Shown: positions 19,198-28,827, counted from the first letter of the stretch. The stretch is DNA of 64,000 nucleotides from an uncultured Chloroflexia bacterium (GCA_963724095.1 CAVRTH010000005.1:648155-712154); one strand, 5' to 3'. Program-made: numbers and translations. The notes: generated from the letters alone by a model not told the origin.

Positions 19198-21353
19198 AGC
19201 GTAGCGCCAGCGACTCTCAGGCGCGGCCCGCCGCGGCCTCGTCCTCGCGGGTCGTGCCCGCCAAACGGATCGAGATCCTCGTGGAGCTCGAACCAGACGC
19301 CGTGGTAGCTGTCGACGCGCGGCGAGGCGACGTACAGCGCGTCCCCGCCAGCCGCCGCGGCCGCGGCGGCATCGAGACGCCTGCCATACCCCGAAAGCCG
19401 CGGCATTCCTGCGAGAAGCGGCCTGATCCAGGCCGTGGTATCGGCGTGCAACGCCGCAAGCTGTGCCAGCACACCCGCGTCGTGATCCGCGTCGGCATGA
19501 TCGTTGAGCACCTGCTCACCATCGACTTCCTTCATCTGCCAGGCGGTGACGATGACCTTCATGCGAGCGTCGAGCTCGAGGAAGCCGTCGAGTGCAGCTT
19601 GGGCTGCCGCCGGTCCCCACGACGCTCGGTCACCGGCGATCATCTCTGCGCCCAGCGCCTTGCCATCGTCGGTGAGGCTGAACATGCCCCCGGACTCCTT
19701 GGCGATGCCGTCGGCCACGAGGCGCTCGAGCAAAGCCTCTGCCTCTTCCGCCGACACGTCCACTGCCGGCGCGAGCATGTCGGGCATGACATAGCCCTTG
19801 ATGGCCAGGGCGCGTACCAGTTGATCGGTAGTGGCCGTCCCGCCGGCCTCGTCGTCTGCCGCCGTGTTCATCTGGGCCTCCTTCTCTTCTGCCGCGATCG
19901 CGATGCCCAGCTCCTCGGCCCAGGCCAGCAGTGTGGCGGCCTCCGGGACCACCGTCGATATGGACTCGACGGCGCCACCGAACACCTCGCCACTGCTGCC
20001 ATCGATGCTGAGGACGTCCCCTTCGTGGTAGAGCTGCTCGCCGATGGCCACCGCGCCCGCGCCCACCACGACGCCCACCGCGCCGACGACGGCAGGGATG
20101 TCCCAGCCCCGCGCGACCACGGCCGCATGGGAAGCGAGTCCACCGCTCGACGTGAGGATCCCGACAGATCTGGCCATCCCGTGTACGTCGTCGGGCGAGG
20201 TTTCCGAGCGAACGAGCAGGACGTCGATGCCGGCCTCTGCCATGCGGACGGCGGCTTCAGGCGTGGTGGCGATGGCACCCGTAGCCAGGCCGGGAGACGC
20301 GGCCAGGCCGGTGGCGACCACCTCCACGTTGCCGCTACGCTCTGCCGGAACCGTGGGCGGGTTGCGCAGGATGCGCCGAACACGTTCGATGGCCTCCGGA
20401 CGAGAGAGCGGGAACATCTCGTCCTCGGCCATCTCCACCGCCGCCCGGCAGGCAGCCTGCGCGGTGCGCTTGCCAACGCGATTTTGGAGCAGCCACAGGC
20501 GCCCTTCCTCGATGGTGAACTCGATGTCGCAGATATCGCCACTGTGTTGCTCGAGGCGGTCGGCGTAGGAGCGCAGCTCCACGGCAACGTGCGGCAGGCG
20601 CTCATCGAGTACCGATACGGGCTGAGTGGCGTGGGTGCCGGCCACCACGTCCTCGCCCTGCGCACCGAAGAGGATGTCCCCGTACAGGACGTTCTCCCCG
20701 GTGGCCGGGTTTCGTGTGAAGAGCACACCCGTGGCGGAATCGGCATCGCGATTTCCGAAGACCATGGCCTGCACGACCACCGCTGTGCCCAGGTCAGCCG
20801 AGATCGATTCCTTCGCCCGATAGCTTCGTGCACGCGGGCTATCCCAGCTGCGGAAGACGGCCTCGACGGCGGCCCGCAGTTGCAGCCATGGATCTGTTGG
20901 CACGTCGTCCACGCCCACGATCTCCCGGTACATCGCTTCGAATCGGTCACGGCAGGCGGACGCGAAGACCGGCTCGCCTGAGGCCCGGCCCATCCCCGCG
21001 GTGGTCTCATCGTTGAGCCCCAGGTTGAGGATGGTGTCCAGCATGCCGGGCATGGATACGGGAGCGCCGGAGCGCACGCTCACCAGCAAGGGGTTGGACG
21101 CATCCCCAAAACGGCGCCCTGACTGTTGCTCGACGCGCGCCACCTGTGTACCCAATTCCTGGTCCAGGCCGTCGGGCCAGCCAGATCGCATGAAGGCCTT
21201 GCAGGCCTCGGTGGTGATGACGAAGCCGGGCGGGACCGGCAACTCCAGCTGTGAGGCCATGACCGCGAGGTTCGCACCCTTGCCGCCGAGCAGTCTCCTG
21301 AGCTCAGCGGCAGGAAGTTCGGGTGGACGATCGAAAGCGAACGACCATTTCAT
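19194..21353 (-). CDS. PPDK-like protein: nucleotide-binding and phospho-His swivel domains, with a non-canonical C-terminal module instead of the PEP/pyruvate TIM barrel
   Basis: N-terminus LGGKGANLAVMASQLELPVPPGFVITTEAC...LLVSVRSGAPVSMPGMLDTILNLG. Swivel domain GGLASHAAVVARGWDIPAVVG...LSIDGSSGEV. The last ~230 aa show no PEP-utiliser barrel motifs. ATG at 21353. The last ~25 codons may be frame-ambiguous. Confidence 0.8.
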   Translation of the reverse strand: MKWSFAFDRPPELPAAELRRLLGGKGANLAVMASQLELPVPPGFVITTEACKAFMRSGWPDGLDQELGTQVARVEQQSGRRFGDASNPLLVSVRSGAPVSMPGMLDTILNLGLNDETTAGMGRASGEPVFASACRDRFEAMYREIVGVDDVPTDPWLQLRAAVEAVFRSWDSPRARSYRAKESISADLGTAVVVQAMVFGNRDADSATGVLFTRNPATGENVLYGDILFGAQGEDVVAGTHATQPVSVLDERLPHVAVELRSYADRLEQHSGDICDIEFTIEEGRLWLLQNRVGKRTAQAACRAAVEMAEDEMFPLSRPEAIERVRRILRNPPTVPAERSGNVEVVATGLAASPGLATGAIATTPEAAVRMAEAGIDVLLVRSETSPDDVHGMARSVGILTSSGGLASHAAVVARGWDIPAVVGAVGVVVGAGAVAIGEQLYHEGDVLSIDGSSGEVFGGAVESISTVVPEAATLLAWAEELGIAIAAEEKEAQMNTAADDEAGGTATTDQLVRALAIKGYVMPDMLAPAVDVSAEEAEALLERLVADGIAKESGGMFSLTDDGKALGAEMIAGDRASWGPAAAQAALDGFLELDARMKVIVTAWQMKEVDGEQVLNDHADADHDAGVLAQLAALHADTTAWIRPLLAGMPRLSGYGRRLDAAAAAAAGGDALYVASPRVDSYHGVWFELHEDLDPFGGHDPRGRGRGGPRLRVAGATL

Positions 21354-21372
21354 GGCTAGCTCGTGCTCCCCT

Positions 21373-21545
21373 CTAGGGCTTGATGGTGATCTCGATGGCA
21401 CCGCTGGGGCGGTCCCGAAAGGTTGCCAGCGCCTCGCCGAAGCCGGCCAGCGCGAACGCGTGCGTCATGATCTCGCGGAGGTCGAACATCACCTCTTGGG
21501 CGGGAGTACCGGTGGCCCGGATGCGAGCGCGACGAGTGCCTGCAT
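21373..21545 (-). pseudogene. Internally deleted remnant of a second MDR alcohol dehydrogenase (tandem paralogue)
   Basis: ATG at 21545 gives MQALVALASGPP (intact gene: MQALVVLAPEEF). Out of frame follows ...DLREIMTHAFALAGFGEALATFRDRPSGAIEITIKP* (intact gene: MVMTHEFALTDFAAALATFRDPGSGAIKIIVKP*). About 880 bp are missing. Confidence 0.65.
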
Positions 21546-21555
21546 GGGCCCGGCG

Positions 21556-22614
21556 CTAGGGCTTGACGATGATCTTGATGGCGCCGCTCCCGGGATCACG
21601 GAAGGTGGCCAGGGCTGCGGCGAAGTCGGTCAGCGCGAACTCGTGGGTCATGACCATGTCGAGACGCATGCGGCCGTCGGCCACGTGTGGCATCACTCGG
21701 CGCATCTCACCTGCTGAAGCGCGTGATCCGGCCAGCTCCAGCTCGTACAGCACTAGATCGCGGACGTTGATCTCGACACCCTTGGTGGGGATGCCGACCG
21801 CGGCGATGCGGCCACCCTTGCGCAAGGCGGCCAGAGCCCATTTCAGGGTGATTGGCACACCGGCCGCTTCGATGACCCTGTCCACGCCCAGGCCGCCCGT
21901 CAACTCACGCAGCGTGGCACCGGCGTCACCGGCCGACGAGTCGATGATCTCGAAACCCATATCGAGCGCCTTCTGCCTCCGAGCTGGCAGGGGCTCGACC
22001 ACGATGACGCGCCCGGCGCCACGGATCTTGGCCGCCTCGCCGCAGAGCAGGCCGATGGCCCCGCCGCCCATGATGCCGACGTTGTCACCGGGCTGGATCT
22101 GGGCGCGGTTGGCCACGTGCAGGGCGATCGATGCCGGATCGATGACGGCGCCGGCCTCGTAGCTCACCGACTCGGGTAGCGGGAAGATGCACTTGACACC
22201 GTGGACGACGTACTCGGCATCGGCACCCTGGTAGTTGTGCCCGTACTGGCGATGGAGGTCCATGACGCCGTAGTTCTCGCAGAGGTTGTAGCGACCTTCG
22301 ACACATTGCTGGCAGACGCCGCAGGCATCGTGACTGGTGCCGGCGACGCGATCGCCCACCGACCAACCAGTCTTCTCGGCACCGGGACCCAGCTTCACGA
22401 TCTCGCCGGCCCATTCGTGACCCGGGATGATGGGGAAGGCCGGTGGCCAGAAGCCGGGATAGTCACCCGCGATGAGGTGCGAGTCGGTGCCGCAGATGGA
22501 CACCGCCTTGACGCGGCACAACACCTCCATCGGACCAGGCTCGGGGACCGGGACCTCCTGCATCTCGAACTCCTCGGGCGCGAGCACGACGAGTGCCTGC
22601 ATGGTTTCGGTCAC
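21556..22614 (-). CDS. Zinc-dependent MDR alcohol/polyol dehydrogenase
   Basis: CGTDSH, GHEWAGEIV, structural-Zn loop CGVCQQCVEGRYNLC, Rossmann motif GGGAIGLL. Confidence 0.9.
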   Translation of the reverse strand: MTETMQALVVLAPEEFEMQEVPVPEPGPMEVLCRVKAVSICGTDSHLIAGDYPGFWPPAFPIIPGHEWAGEIVKLGPGAEKTGWSVGDRVAGTSHDACGVCQQCVEGRYNLCENYGVMDLHRQYGHNYQGADAEYVVHGVKCIFPLPESVSYEAGAVIDPASIALHVANRAQIQPGDNVGIMGGGAIGLLCGEAAKIRGAGRVIVVEPLPARRQKALDMGFEIIDSSAGDAGATLRELTGGLGVDRVIEAAGVPITLKWALAALRKGGRIAAVGIPTKGVEINVRDLVLYELELAGSRASAGEMRRVMPHVADGRMRLDMVMTHEFALTDFAAALATFRDPGSGAIKIIVKP

Positions 22615-22652
22615 GGGGTGGCTCCTTCCGGATGTGAGGACGGTTGGCTGGA

Positions 22653-23543
22653 CTAGATGGCGGCCACGGGATCGACCATGGACGCCGTGGCACCCTTGAT
22701 CTTCAGCGGCAGCGCGATGAAGGCGAACTCATAGGCCCTCTCACGGGCGAGCTCCTCAAGGTCGAGGCTTTCCATCAGGTAGATGCCGTTATCGATGAGC
22801 AGATGCTTGTGGACGGGCTGCGGGTTGCCGTCCGGGGCGAGGTCGGGCGCCGGCTGGACCTCGTAGGTCTCGGTGTCCGTGCCCGTGGCTACGACGCCCT
22901 TCTTGAGCAGCCAATCAGCAGCAGAGATGTCAGGCCCGGCGGTCTTGTTGGCCATCATGGCGTCGAAGTCGGGCCACAGGCTCATGTAGCCGGTGCGGAT
23001 GAGGACCACGTCCCAACGGTGCACCTCTACCCCCTGCGCCTGGGCGATGTCCTCGAGTTCGGCTGCGTCAACGACCTCACCGTGCTTGAGGTGGGGCACG
23101 CCGCGGTAGGTCGGCACATCCAGGAAGACGCCGCGTGTGAAGAACGGCGGCATGGCTGAGGCATCGCCGAAGTTCGGCCCGTGGTCGGTCAGGTGCGCAT
23201 CCGCGTTCCCGCCGCCGTACCAGTGCATGTCGTCACCGATGGTCATGTGTGCCAGGCCATCGATGTGCGCACCGGAGTGCGAAGTGCACATGAGGTACTC
23301 GGCCATGTAGCCGAGGTTGGCGTTGTTGACCGGACCCCACGGCTGACGCCCACCGGCCACGATGCCGCGTGGGCTTACGGCGTTGAGCACCTGGAACGGC
23401 GGGTGGCCGGGGAACAGCGGCATGCCATCGAAGCGGGTCGCGGCCAGAGAGATCATTCGTCCCTGCTTGATCATCGAGGCGGCCTTGACGACCTGTTCGG
23501 CGGGCATGTCCTTGATGGGGCCGACCTCTCCTGGCCTCGGCAT
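22653..23543 (-). CDS. Cyclase-family protein (kynurenine-formamidase-like metal hydrolase)
   Basis: HSGAHIDGLAH motif. AGGAGG lies 6 nt upstream of the ATG at 23543. The longer ORF back to 23591 is less likely. Confidence 0.8.
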   Translation of the reverse strand: MPRPGEVGPIKDMPAEQVVKAASMIKQGRMISLAATRFDGMPLFPGHPPFQVLNAVSPRGIVAGGRQPWGPVNNANLGYMAEYLMCTSHSGAHIDGLAHMTIGDDMHWYGGGNADAHLTDHGPNFGDASAMPPFFTRGVFLDVPTYRGVPHLKHGEVVDAAELEDIAQAQGVEVHRWDVVLIRTGYMSLWPDFDAMMANKTAGPDISAADWLLKKGVVATGTDTETYEVQPAPDLAPDGNPQPVHKHLLIDNGIYLMESLDLEELARERAYEFAFIALPLKIKGATASMVDPVAAI

Positions 23544-23565
23544 GACGCTCCTCCTCATCCTGGCG

Positions 23566-25827
23566 CTAGCTGGTTTGCGACTGGCGGGCATCCCGGATGC
23601 ACCGCCACACGTGTTCAGGGGTCAGGGGCAACTGGCGGATGGCCACCCCGGTCGCCTCTGTCAGCGCCGAGCCGACCGCCGACTGCACCGACAGCAGACC
23701 ACCCTCGCTGACGCCCTTGGAGCCGTAGGGGCCGGGGCCGTCCTCGTTCTCGATGGCCGCACTCTGCATCTGCAGTGGCAGGTCCATCGAGGTGGGGATG
23801 CGGTAGTCGATGGCGCCGAGGTTGCGGATGCGGCCGCCCTCGTCAAGGATCATGTGCTCCATCAGGGTATGGCCCAGGCCCATGATGGCGGCGCCCTCGT
23901 CCTGCCCCGCCACCTGTGCAGGATTCAGCGACTTCCCGGTATCGCCCACGATCACATGCTTGTGGATCGTGATGTGGCCGGTCTCTACGTCGACCGACAA
24001 CTCCACAGCGGTGCAATTGAACTCGTAGAAGGCGGGGCTGCCGCCGAGCGGATGGTCCGGCTGGACCTCCTTGCGGTAGACCCCGTTGCCAACGACCTCG
24101 CCGCCCAGCTTGCCCAGTCCGGACTTGACGATGTCGATGAGGGGCACATCGCCCCCGGGCAGGCTGGCGACGCCTCGATCGACCACGATCTGACTCTCGG
24201 GCACGCGCTCGGCTGCGGCAGCCATGGTGCGGACTTGCGCCTGGATGTCACGACATGCCCGCATGATGGCGTTGCCCATGAAGACGGTGGAGCGGCTGGC
24301 CGAAGTCTGCTGATCGTAGGGTACGACGGCGGTGTCGCCCATGACCACGCTGATGCTTTCGATGGGCGTACCCATCTCGGTAGCAGCGATCTGGGCGAAG
24401 ATCGTGCGTGCGCCCTGGCCCATGTCGCTGGTGCCGGCCAGCACGATGACGCTGCCGTCGGCCAGTAGCCGTACGGTCGCGTACGAGAGGCCCGTGGTGG
24501 CGCTCGACTTGATGCCGACCGCGATGCCGCGACCGCGCCCTTCCGGCAGCGGCGTGCCCCAGCCGATGGCGTCCATCGCCGCCTTCACGGTCTCCGGCCA
24601 GAGGCCGTCGGCCGGCGTGTCGTCGGGTACGATCTCTTCGCCGCGCGTGGCAAGGTTTCGCAGCCGGATCTCGGCGCGGTCGATGCCCAGGGCACGCGCC
24701 CCAGCATCGATGTTCGACTCGACCGCCCAGTTGACCTGTGGGGTGCCGAAGCCACGGAACGCGCAGGCAGGCGTCGTGTTCGTCAGGATCGAGCGCGCGG
24801 TGATGCGCACGTTGGGCACCTTGTAGGGACCCGCGGCGGTGTACTGGCTCTTGGCCACGACGCGCTCGGCGATATCGGCGTAGGCGCCAAGCATGTAGTC
24901 ACTGCGGATGTCCTGGGAGACGATGTGTCCCTCGTGGTCGAAGCCGCTGCGCACCGTGACCTCGGCCGAGACGCGTCGGCTGGCCTGGAAGGACTCGTCG
25001 AGCGTCAGCACCAGGCGCACCGGCCGGCCGGTCTCGAGAGCCATGAACGCCACCAACGGTTCGAGCTTGATGTTCTGCTTGCCTCCAAAGCCGCCGCCCG
25101 GGTCGGGCGCATACACGCGCACCTTGGACAGCGGCATGCCCAGCAGCCTGGCCATCAGCCGCTGCAACAGATAGGGATGCTGGATGGTCGACCAGATCGC
25201 GATGCCATCCTCGTCGGGCGCCGCCACGAAACCATGCGGCTCGATGGCGAAGTGCGTGATCATGGGAAAGGAGTAGGACTCTTCGATGACCAGGTGCGCC
25301 GCGGCACACGCCGCCTCGACATCGCCCCATCCGAAATGGCGTTCGGTCAGGACGTTCGTGCCAGCCAGTTCGTCAGCGGGCCGTAACTCGGGCTCGCGGA
25401 CCAACGGCGCATCAGCAGCCAGCGCCTCGCTCACGCTGTAGACGCCGGGCAACTCCTCGTACTCGACCCTCACGAGTCGCGCGGCCTCCTCCGCCGCGTC
25501 CTTGCTGTCGGCTGCCACCGCCGCCACGGGTTCGCCGTGGAACTTGGTCTCGCCCACGGCCAGCACTGGCCGATCCTGGTACTGCGGTCCGTATCGAGGC
25601 ACCGGCTGCGGCAGGTCGTCGGCGGTCATGACCAGGCGCACCCCGGGAACGGCAAGAGCGGCGCGCTTGTCGATACCGAGGATGCGCCCGCGGCCACACG
25701 GGATGGTCACGAGCTTCGCATGGAGCAGGTCGGCGAAGTGCAGGTCGGCGAGATACTCCTGTGCGCCGGTGACACGCTCATAGCCGCCGAGACGATGAGG
25801 CGAGAGACCGATCTTGACTTCGGTCAT
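23566..25827 (-). CDS. Xanthine-dehydrogenase-family molybdopterin-binding large subunit
   Basis: About 754 aa. Motifs: VTGAQEYLADL, GGGFGGKQ, CAFRGFGTPQ (xanthine dehydrogenase/aldehyde oxidase type, not the CODH AYxCSFR loop). ATGA overlap with the 2Fe-2S subunit. Confidence 0.9.
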   Translation of the reverse strand: MTEVKIGLSPHRLGGYERVTGAQEYLADLHFADLLHAKLVTIPCGRGRILGIDKRAALAVPGVRLVMTADDLPQPVPRYGPQYQDRPVLAVGETKFHGEPVAAVAADSKDAAEEAARLVRVEYEELPGVYSVSEALAADAPLVREPELRPADELAGTNVLTERHFGWGDVEAACAAAHLVIEESYSFPMITHFAIEPHGFVAAPDEDGIAIWSTIQHPYLLQRLMARLLGMPLSKVRVYAPDPGGGFGGKQNIKLEPLVAFMALETGRPVRLVLTLDESFQASRRVSAEVTVRSGFDHEGHIVSQDIRSDYMLGAYADIAERVVAKSQYTAAGPYKVPNVRITARSILTNTTPACAFRGFGTPQVNWAVESNIDAGARALGIDRAEIRLRNLATRGEEIVPDDTPADGLWPETVKAAMDAIGWGTPLPEGRGRGIAVGIKSSATTGLSYATVRLLADGSVIVLAGTSDMGQGARTIFAQIAATEMGTPIESISVVMGDTAVVPYDQQTSASRSTVFMGNAIMRACRDIQAQVRTMAAAAERVPESQIVVDRGVASLPGGDVPLIDIVKSGLGKLGGEVVGNGVYRKEVQPDHPLGGSPAFYEFNCTAVELSVDVETGHITIHKHVIVGDTGKSLNPAQVAGQDEGAAIMGLGHTLMEHMILDEGGRIRNLGAIDYRIPTSMDLPLQMQSAAIENEDGPGPYGSKGVSEGGLLSVQSAVGSALTEATGVAIRQLPLTPEHVWRCIRDARQSQTS

Positions 25828-26300
25828 GCCGTTCGCTCCTGCGCTGCCTGACGGATGGCGGCGAAGATCTGTTCGTAGCCGGCACAGCGGCAGAGGTTGC
25901 CAGCCAGCGCCTCCTGGATCTGCTCGTCGGTTGGCTCCTCGACCTGGTCCAGCAGCGCCCTGGCCGACATGAGTTGTCCCGGGATGCAGAACCCGCACTG
26001 TGCCGCGCTGTTGTCGAGGAACGCTTCCTGCAGCCGATCGAGCTCGCCGTTGACGGCGAGACCCTCGACCGTCAGTACCTCGCTGCCATCGGCTTCTACG
26101 GCCAGCATCAGGCAGGAGTTCACCGAACGACCGTCCACCAGCACGGTGCAGGCACCACATTCACCGACCACGCAACATTCCTTGGTGCCGGTGAGCCCGA
26201 CCTCCTCGCGCAGCACCTCGAGCAGCGTGTGGTGCACGGCCACGTCCAGCTCGCGCGGGCGGCCGTTGATGGTGAGGTTGATGGTGAGTCGCTCGGCCAT
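25824..26300 (-). CDS. (2Fe-2S)-binding small subunit of the Mo-hydroxylase
   Basis: CVVGECGACTV and CGFCIPG...CRCAGY cluster motifs. Confidence 0.92.
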   Translation of the reverse strand: MAERLTINLTINGRPRELDVAVHHTLLEVLREEVGLTGTKECCVVGECGACTVLVDGRSVNSCLMLAVEADGSEVLTVEGLAVNGELDRLQEAFLDNSAAQCGFCIPGQLMSARALLDQVEEPTDEQIQEALAGNLCRCAGYEQIFAAIRQAAQERTA

Positions 26301-27169
26301 CAGGCAGCACTCCCGGAACGTCGTTCGAGCGCGGTTCGCAGGGCTCGCGTGGCAAGCACGCGCAACATGGCCAGGCGATAGTCCGGGCTGGCCCGGATGG
26401 ATCGTGGCGAGGGTGTCGCCTGCGATAGCAGCTCGTCCAGGATGGCCGCCCGCTTCTCGGGCGCAGTGTCAGTGGCGGCGAGCAGGCCGCTCTCGTCACG
26501 GACCAGGAACGCCCGCGGTCCGACGCTGCCATAGGCAAGCTGGACCACACCCGAGCCGTCGATCGAAGCGCAGAGCGTGACCGAGGCAAGGTCGGTGCCC
26601 CGGCGCCGCACCAGTCGAGTATAGGCCGCACCGAAGCCAGTCGGAGGCAGCGGCACCTCGATGGCGCTCACCAGCTCGGCCGCTCCCAGGGCGACCCTCT
26701 TGGGACCGAGGATGAAGTCATCGAGGGGGATGCGGCGCTCCTCATCGGCTCCGCTTACCACCACGCTGGCGCCGTACACGAGCAGCGGCGGTGCCGTATC
26801 GGCCGCAGGCGAGCCATTGCAGATGTTGCCCACCAGCGTGGCACGGTTGCGGATCTGGACCGATCCCACGACGCGAGCGGCCTCGGCCAGCGCTGGCAGG
26901 CTGGCGAGCACGTCCGGGTCGTGCTCGATCTGGCTCATCGTGGCAAGAGCGTTGAAGCGGATCACGCCGTCAGCGCGCCTGATGTGGTCAGCAGCGAATT
27001 CCTCGACCCACTTAAGGTCGATGACCACCTGGGTCTGGATGGAATCGTCGCGCAGGCCTACCACAAGGTCGGTGCCACCGGCCAGGAGGCGAGCTCCAGC
27101 ACCGGCCGCAGCGAGCGAGCGGGTAGCCTCGGCCAGCGTCTTGGGACGCTCATAGGTGAACTTGCGCAT
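26300..27169 (-). CDS. FAD-binding (CO dehydrogenase flavoprotein-like) medium subunit
   Basis: MRKFTYERP...LLAGGTDLVV...RNRATLVGNI. TGATG overlap with the small subunit. Confidence 0.88.
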   Translation of the reverse strand: MRKFTYERPKTLAEATRSLAAAGAGARLLAGGTDLVVGLRDDSIQTQVVIDLKWVEEFAADHIRRADGVIRFNALATMSQIEHDPDVLASLPALAEAARVVGSVQIRNRATLVGNICNGSPAADTAPPLLVYGASVVVSGADEERRIPLDDFILGPKRVALGAAELVSAIEVPLPPTGFGAAYTRLVRRRGTDLASVTLCASIDGSGVVQLAYGSVGPRAFLVRDESGLLAATDTAPEKRAAILDELLSQATPSPRSIRASPDYRLAMLRVLATRALRTALERRSGSAA

Positions 27170-27183
27170 CGGATCGGGGCCTT

Positions 27184-27973
27184 CTAGAGGACCTTGTCGA
27201 CCTCGTCCATCAGCACCTGCGGGGTAGCTGCGCGGACGAAGAAGAAGGGGCGATCGCCGAACTTGCGGACGAAGGTCGCCCGGGCTCGGCGCAGCGCCTC
27301 GGTATCGGTCAGCGGCATGGGAAAGCCCGGTGCCAGCAGCTCGTTGGTGAGGAAGTAGTTCTGCAGCGAGTGGAACGCCTGGAACTGCGACTCGAACTCG
27401 CCTAGCTGCTTGGTGCTGGGGTCGAAGTTGCCGTCGATCGGCGGGAAGCACGACGACATCGATGCGGCTGACGCCCGGATACTCCTGCCATGTCGGCATG
27501 TCGCCCCAGAACTTGTTGACGCCCTGGGTGGGGGCCGCCTTGTCGGCACGCTCGGTACCCTTGGCTCGCTTCTCGCGCAGGAAGACGGACTTGGAGCCCA
27601 TCGCCGCATTGATGTCCTCATCGATGACGGTGGTCTCGGTGCTGATGAGCAGGCCACCGCGTCGGCAGGCCTCGATCTGGCCCATCGACTTGCCGTGGTT
27701 GGACTCACCACCGAGGAACAGGATCGACTTGTCCCGGTAGCGCACAGCCGACGAGTGCGATGGGTGCAGCCCCTTCGCCTCCATGCGCAGCGCCAGCATG
27801 GACACGAGGACCTTCTGGATGGCACCCACGGTCCAGTCGCCCGCGAGGCGCATGGCGTGGCCGTCGTAGCTGATGTCCTTGGCCGCCTCGACATCCCAGA
27901 CCACGTCCGGCTTCGCAAGCGTGACAGTGGACTCCATGCTCACGGCTGCCAGTCGGTAGTTGAGGAAGTCCAT
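27184..27973 (-). pseudogene. HprK/P-catalytic-domain-like P-loop protein, one frameshift near 27430-27440
   Basis: HSSAVRYRDKSILFLGGESNHGKSMGQIEACRRGGLLISTETTVID aligns position-for-position with the HPr kinase core HGVLV...[33 protein letters not shown]. The sequence continues ...IDVVVLP | PIDGNFDPSTKQLGEFE... in another frame after a C-run. Confidence 0.55.
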
Positions 27974-28098
27974 GTCGTCGACGATGCTGTCGCGTTCGGT
28001 CCACCCAGGACGTCGACGCGGAGGCGTGCCGCACCGGCCGACATCTCCTGGCTGAGTACTAGCTCTGGGCTCATGTGTTCCTTTCGCTCGATGGGCGG

Positions 28099-28815
28099 CT
28101 AGATGGGGATGGCCGGTACCCGGTCCGGCCAGGGTCGGTCGGCGTCGGTGTCGCTACTGTGGAGCGGCCAGACTTCGGCCAGCGCAGCTGCGGCCGCCTC
28201 GAAGTGGACCCGCATGGCCTCCTCGATGAGGTCGCTGTTCTGACGGCGTAACGCCTCGATGATGGGCATGTGTCGGTCGGCGACCGCCCGCCGGTCGACG
28301 CCCGGCGAGACGATGGTGATGTAGGTGCGAAGGAACGGCTCAAGCGTGCGCCAGACGCGTTCGAGGGTGGCGTTCCCCGAGTGCTGCATGATCAGCCGGT
28401 GGAACTCGGTATCGGCTGCGGCCTCTCGGTAGGGGTCGCCGGCGACCGCCGCCGCGCGCATCTGGTCGACGAGTTCGCTCAGATGTGCGAGCTCGGTCTC
28501 GCCCACGTTCTTGGCGGCCAAGGCCGCCCCGTGGCCCTCCAGGATGGCCCGCACGTCGAAGGCCTCCAGCAGCTCCTCGGTCGTTGGCTGCCGCACGCGG
28601 GCACCCTTGAATGGCGCGGTCTCGACGACGCCGAGCGCCTCGAGATCGCGTAGCGCTTCGCGCACGGGAGCCTGGCTGGTGCCGAACTCCCGTGCCACGC
28701 GCGTCTCGACGATGCGGGCACCCGGCGGGTAGCGGCCGTCAAGGATCGCCTGCAGGAGGCGACCCTTGACCTGCTCGCTCAGGACGCTGCGAGTGATTGC
28801 CACGTCGTCGGTCAT
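28099..28815 (-). CDS. GntR-family (FadR/FCD-type) transcriptional regulator
   Basis: wHTH segment RIVETRVAREFGTSQAPVREALRDLEALGVVE plus a helical FCD-like C-terminal domain. Confidence 0.9.
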   Translation of the reverse strand: MTDDVAITRSVLSEQVKGRLLQAILDGRYPPGARIVETRVAREFGTSQAPVREALRDLEALGVVETAPFKGARVRQPTTEELLEAFDVRAILEGHGAALAAKNVGETELAHLSELVDQMRAAAVAGDPYREAAADTEFHRLIMQHSGNATLERVWRTLEPFLRTYITIVSPGVDRRAVADRHMPIIEALRRQNSDLIEEAMRVHFEAAAAALAEVWPLHSSDTDADRPWPDRVPAIPI

Positions 28816-28827
28816 GCTGGGAACCGG

